Shown in pieces: positions 62,152 to 64,000 of a DNA stretch of 64,000 nt (position 1 is its first letter; every line of letters begins with the position of its first letter). The translations under genes and the position numbers were made by a program. Below the pieces are notes generated by a model. It was not told the origin of the DNA and made no database searches. It worked only from the letters and a program-made list of their open reading frames with translations. Location of the stretch: positions 320,850,001 through 320,914,000 of the forward strand of contig JBNRSN020000005.1 of assembly GCA_051313645.2 (NCBI GenBank). Reading direction: 5' to 3'. Source of the stretch: Centroscyllium fabricii. Its lineage: Eukaryota.

Positions 62152-62213
62152 TGAGACGGGCAATAAATGCCGGCCTTGCCATTGACACCCACATCCCAGG
62201 AACGAATAAAAAA
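62152..62213 (+). mobile_element. Short CR1-like LINE 3' tail
   Basis: GGGCAATAAATGCCGGCCTTGCC...CCCACATCCCAGGAACGAATAAAAAA resembles a common shark LINE terminus as I recall it. Confidence 0.55.
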
Positions 62214-62497
62214 CACAGGACTGCTATAAGACAAAAAAATCACACAGAGGTGACCCTTGGAGGGTTTCCAGGGGAAACGTATTGCTGAGGTTTTTAACTG
62301 AATTTGTCAAAAAAACATCAGTTTAGGGAAAGTTTGTTCACCAACTAATCCCAATTTTGAATGTGTATTTTTTTTAATGGTGAGATCTTTTACCAATCCT
62401 TGGCTTGTGTTGGGTGCTGTATGTCTGACTGGTAGATGTTTGCCCTATATTGTTGAGGTAGATAATGAGAACTCCCCCCAGCTACAGCCCTTACCCC

Positions 62498-63068
62498 CTC
62501 TCCTGGTCACTAAACACCTCCTCTCTGGTTAAGAAGGCCCAACAGCGCCTGTACTTCCAAAGGAAGCTGAAGAAAGCCAAGCTGTCATCCGGCATCCTCT
62601 CCAAATTTTACCGCTGCACAATCGAAAGCATACTGACAAACTGCATCACAGTCTGGTATGGAAACTGCACCATCTCGGACCGGAAGGCCCTGCAGCGGGT
62701 AGTCAAAACTGCCCAATGAATCACCGGCACCCAGCTACCGTCAATTGAATGCGTCTACCTCAAACGCTACCTACGGAGGTCTCTGAACATTATTAAAGAC
62801 CCCACACACCCCAGCCACAGTCTGTTCGCCCCCCTGCCCTCCGGGAGACGCTACAGATCAATTCGCACCCGCACGACCAGATTCAAGAACAGCTTCTTCC
62901 CCAGGGCTGTCAGTCTCCTGAACTCTAACAAAAAACTCCAGTATCTGCACACCTGAAATGTATTTTACTGTATGTAACTTATTTGCACTACTCTCGGGAG
63001 CGGCGAGTCTTCGTTTCGTTGTATTGTACTAGTACTCTGCAATGACAATAAAATTTGAATTGAATTGA
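62498..63068 (+). mobile_element. 5'-truncated Rex1/Babar-clade LINE, copy 2 (DUF1891-like ORF2 C-terminus, premature stop)
   Basis: LSWSLNTSSLVKKAQQRLYFQRKLKK...FYRCTIESILTNCITVWYG...LPSGRRYRSIRTRTTRFKNSFFPRAVSLLN. TGA at 62717-62719 corresponds to CGA at 61262-61264 in copy 1 (CpG decay). Tail ATGACAATAAAATTTGAATTGAATTGA. Confidence 0.92.
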
Positions 63069-63637
63069 CAGGCTACTGTTACAGAGGAGGGGGCAGTCTG
63101 AGGGCCATTGATCTTAAAGGTACAAATCCCATTTTCAGGACTGTAAATTCTCGCTCTCTGTAAAAGGACTGGGCAAAAAGGAAATCAAAAAAGCTTGCTG
63201 TGTCAACAGCCTCTTATCGGGAAGGTGAACGGACTTCCTGCTACAGAGTCTGTGACTGCCTCACCATCCAGGTTAGGAAGCGGGAACAAGCTGTCTGCAA
63301 CTTGAGCTGAAAAAGACAGTAGTGTGGGTGGGGCGGGATGATCATTCGATATGAATTTACAGGTAAAAGGTGGCAGTGTGGCGGCTGTCGATGGCGAGTC
63401 TCTTGGTTAAAGGTGGACTATAGCACTCCACTGGGAGCCTGCTTACGCGTCTACGCCGTGTGCAGGTGGGTGTTGGCGTGAAAACTACCGGTTAGAATGA
63501 TAAAGAGACTTTGATGCAAAAAAAACACAAAAGTTCCCTTTTATTCTGAAATCAAACTCACATTCATAAATATACAAAGACCGGCGTAGAACAGAATTAA
63601 CCCTCACAATCCCTGTACAGGTGCCCTACTTAGACGT

Positions 63638-63733
63638 AAAAAGTCACACAACACCAGGTTAGAGTCCAACAGCTTTATGAGAAATCACAAGCTTTCGGAG
63701 CACTGCTCCTTCGTCAGGTGAAGTGAAGAGATG
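63638..63733 (-). mobile_element. Penelope-like element pseudo-LTR fragment
   Basis: Homologous to the hairpin arms at 58651-58774 (AAGTCACACAACACCAG.TTA.AGTCCAACAG...AAATCACAAGCTTTC) and carries a hammerhead core, a known feature of PLE pseudo-LTRs. Confidence 0.72.
63685..63721 (-). ncRNA. Minimal type I hammerhead ribozyme
   Basis: Minus strand UCAC-CUGACGA-A-GGAGC-AGU-GCUCC-GAAA-GC-UU-GUGA: conserved CUGANGA and GAAA boxes, stem I UCAC/GUGA, stem II GGAGC/GCUCC, and a vestigial palindromic stem III (AGCU). Confidence 0.78.
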
Positions 63734-63817
63734 CACAGACCAAAGATGTGCGGGTTAGGTTGATTGGCCAGGATAAATTGACCCTTAGTGTTAGGGGGAT
63801 TGAATATGTGGGGTTAC
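63734..63817 (+). mobile_element. HE1-like V-SINE fragment (appears to resume at 63984)
   Basis: CCAAAGATGTGCGGGTTAGGTTGATTGGCCAGGATAAATTGACCCTTAGTGT matches the V-domain as recalled. ...GGGGTTAC continues as (AC)GGGGATAGGG at 63984. Confidence 0.78.
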
Positions 63818-63943
63818 ATAGAAACATAGAAGATAGGAGCAGGAGTCGGCCATTCGGCCCTTCGAGCCTGCTCCGCCATTCAATGAGATCATGGCTGATC
63901 ATCCAAACCCAGCACCCCGCCCCTGCCCTCCCCCCATATCCCT
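63816..63943 (-). mobile_element. Short, young-looking CR1/HER1-type LINE 3' end inserted into the V-SINE
   Basis: Minus strand GATCAGCCATGATCTCATTGAATGGCGGAGCAGGCTCGAAGGGCCGAATGGCCGACTCCTGCTCCTATCTTCTATGTTTCTATGT, with CpGs retained and an 8-bp-period tail. Confidence 0.85.
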
Positions 63944-64000
63944 ATCGAGCCTGCACCGACACATATCCCACCCTATCCCCGTAACGGGGATAGGGTGGGA

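Noticed and set aside
63078-63635. Possible second LTR (starts TGTTAC, minus-strand AATAAA near 63545)
   Set aside because: No matching terminus or TSD found; cannot be supported without a repeat-library search.

Overview
Eukaryotic, non-coding window. Its repeat content (SacSINE1/Deu-type SINE, HE1 V-SINE, CR1/HER1-type, L2 and Rex1/Babar LINE ends, Penelope-type pieces; recognised from memory, not by database search) points to a cartilaginous fish, probably a shark. Positions 1-57855 are one very homogeneous 24-bp satellite (GTGGGGAATGGAGCTGTGAGCTCT, about 2,400 monomers, running off the left edge). It has a 200-N scaffold gap and nested higher-order duplications from 215 bp to about 36.8 kb, some probably assembly artefacts. 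The huge ORFs there are by-products of a monomer that is stop-free in 5 of 6 frames, and I call no protein-coding gene. The last ~6.1 kb is a dense mosaic of retroelement fragments. Notable items are an intact-looking minimal hammerhead ribozyme, a perfect 61-bp-arm fold-back insertion centred on the same ribozyme motif, a CpG-rich candidate non-autonomous element with a Rex1-type tail, and LINE junctions carrying templated copies of adjacent DNA.
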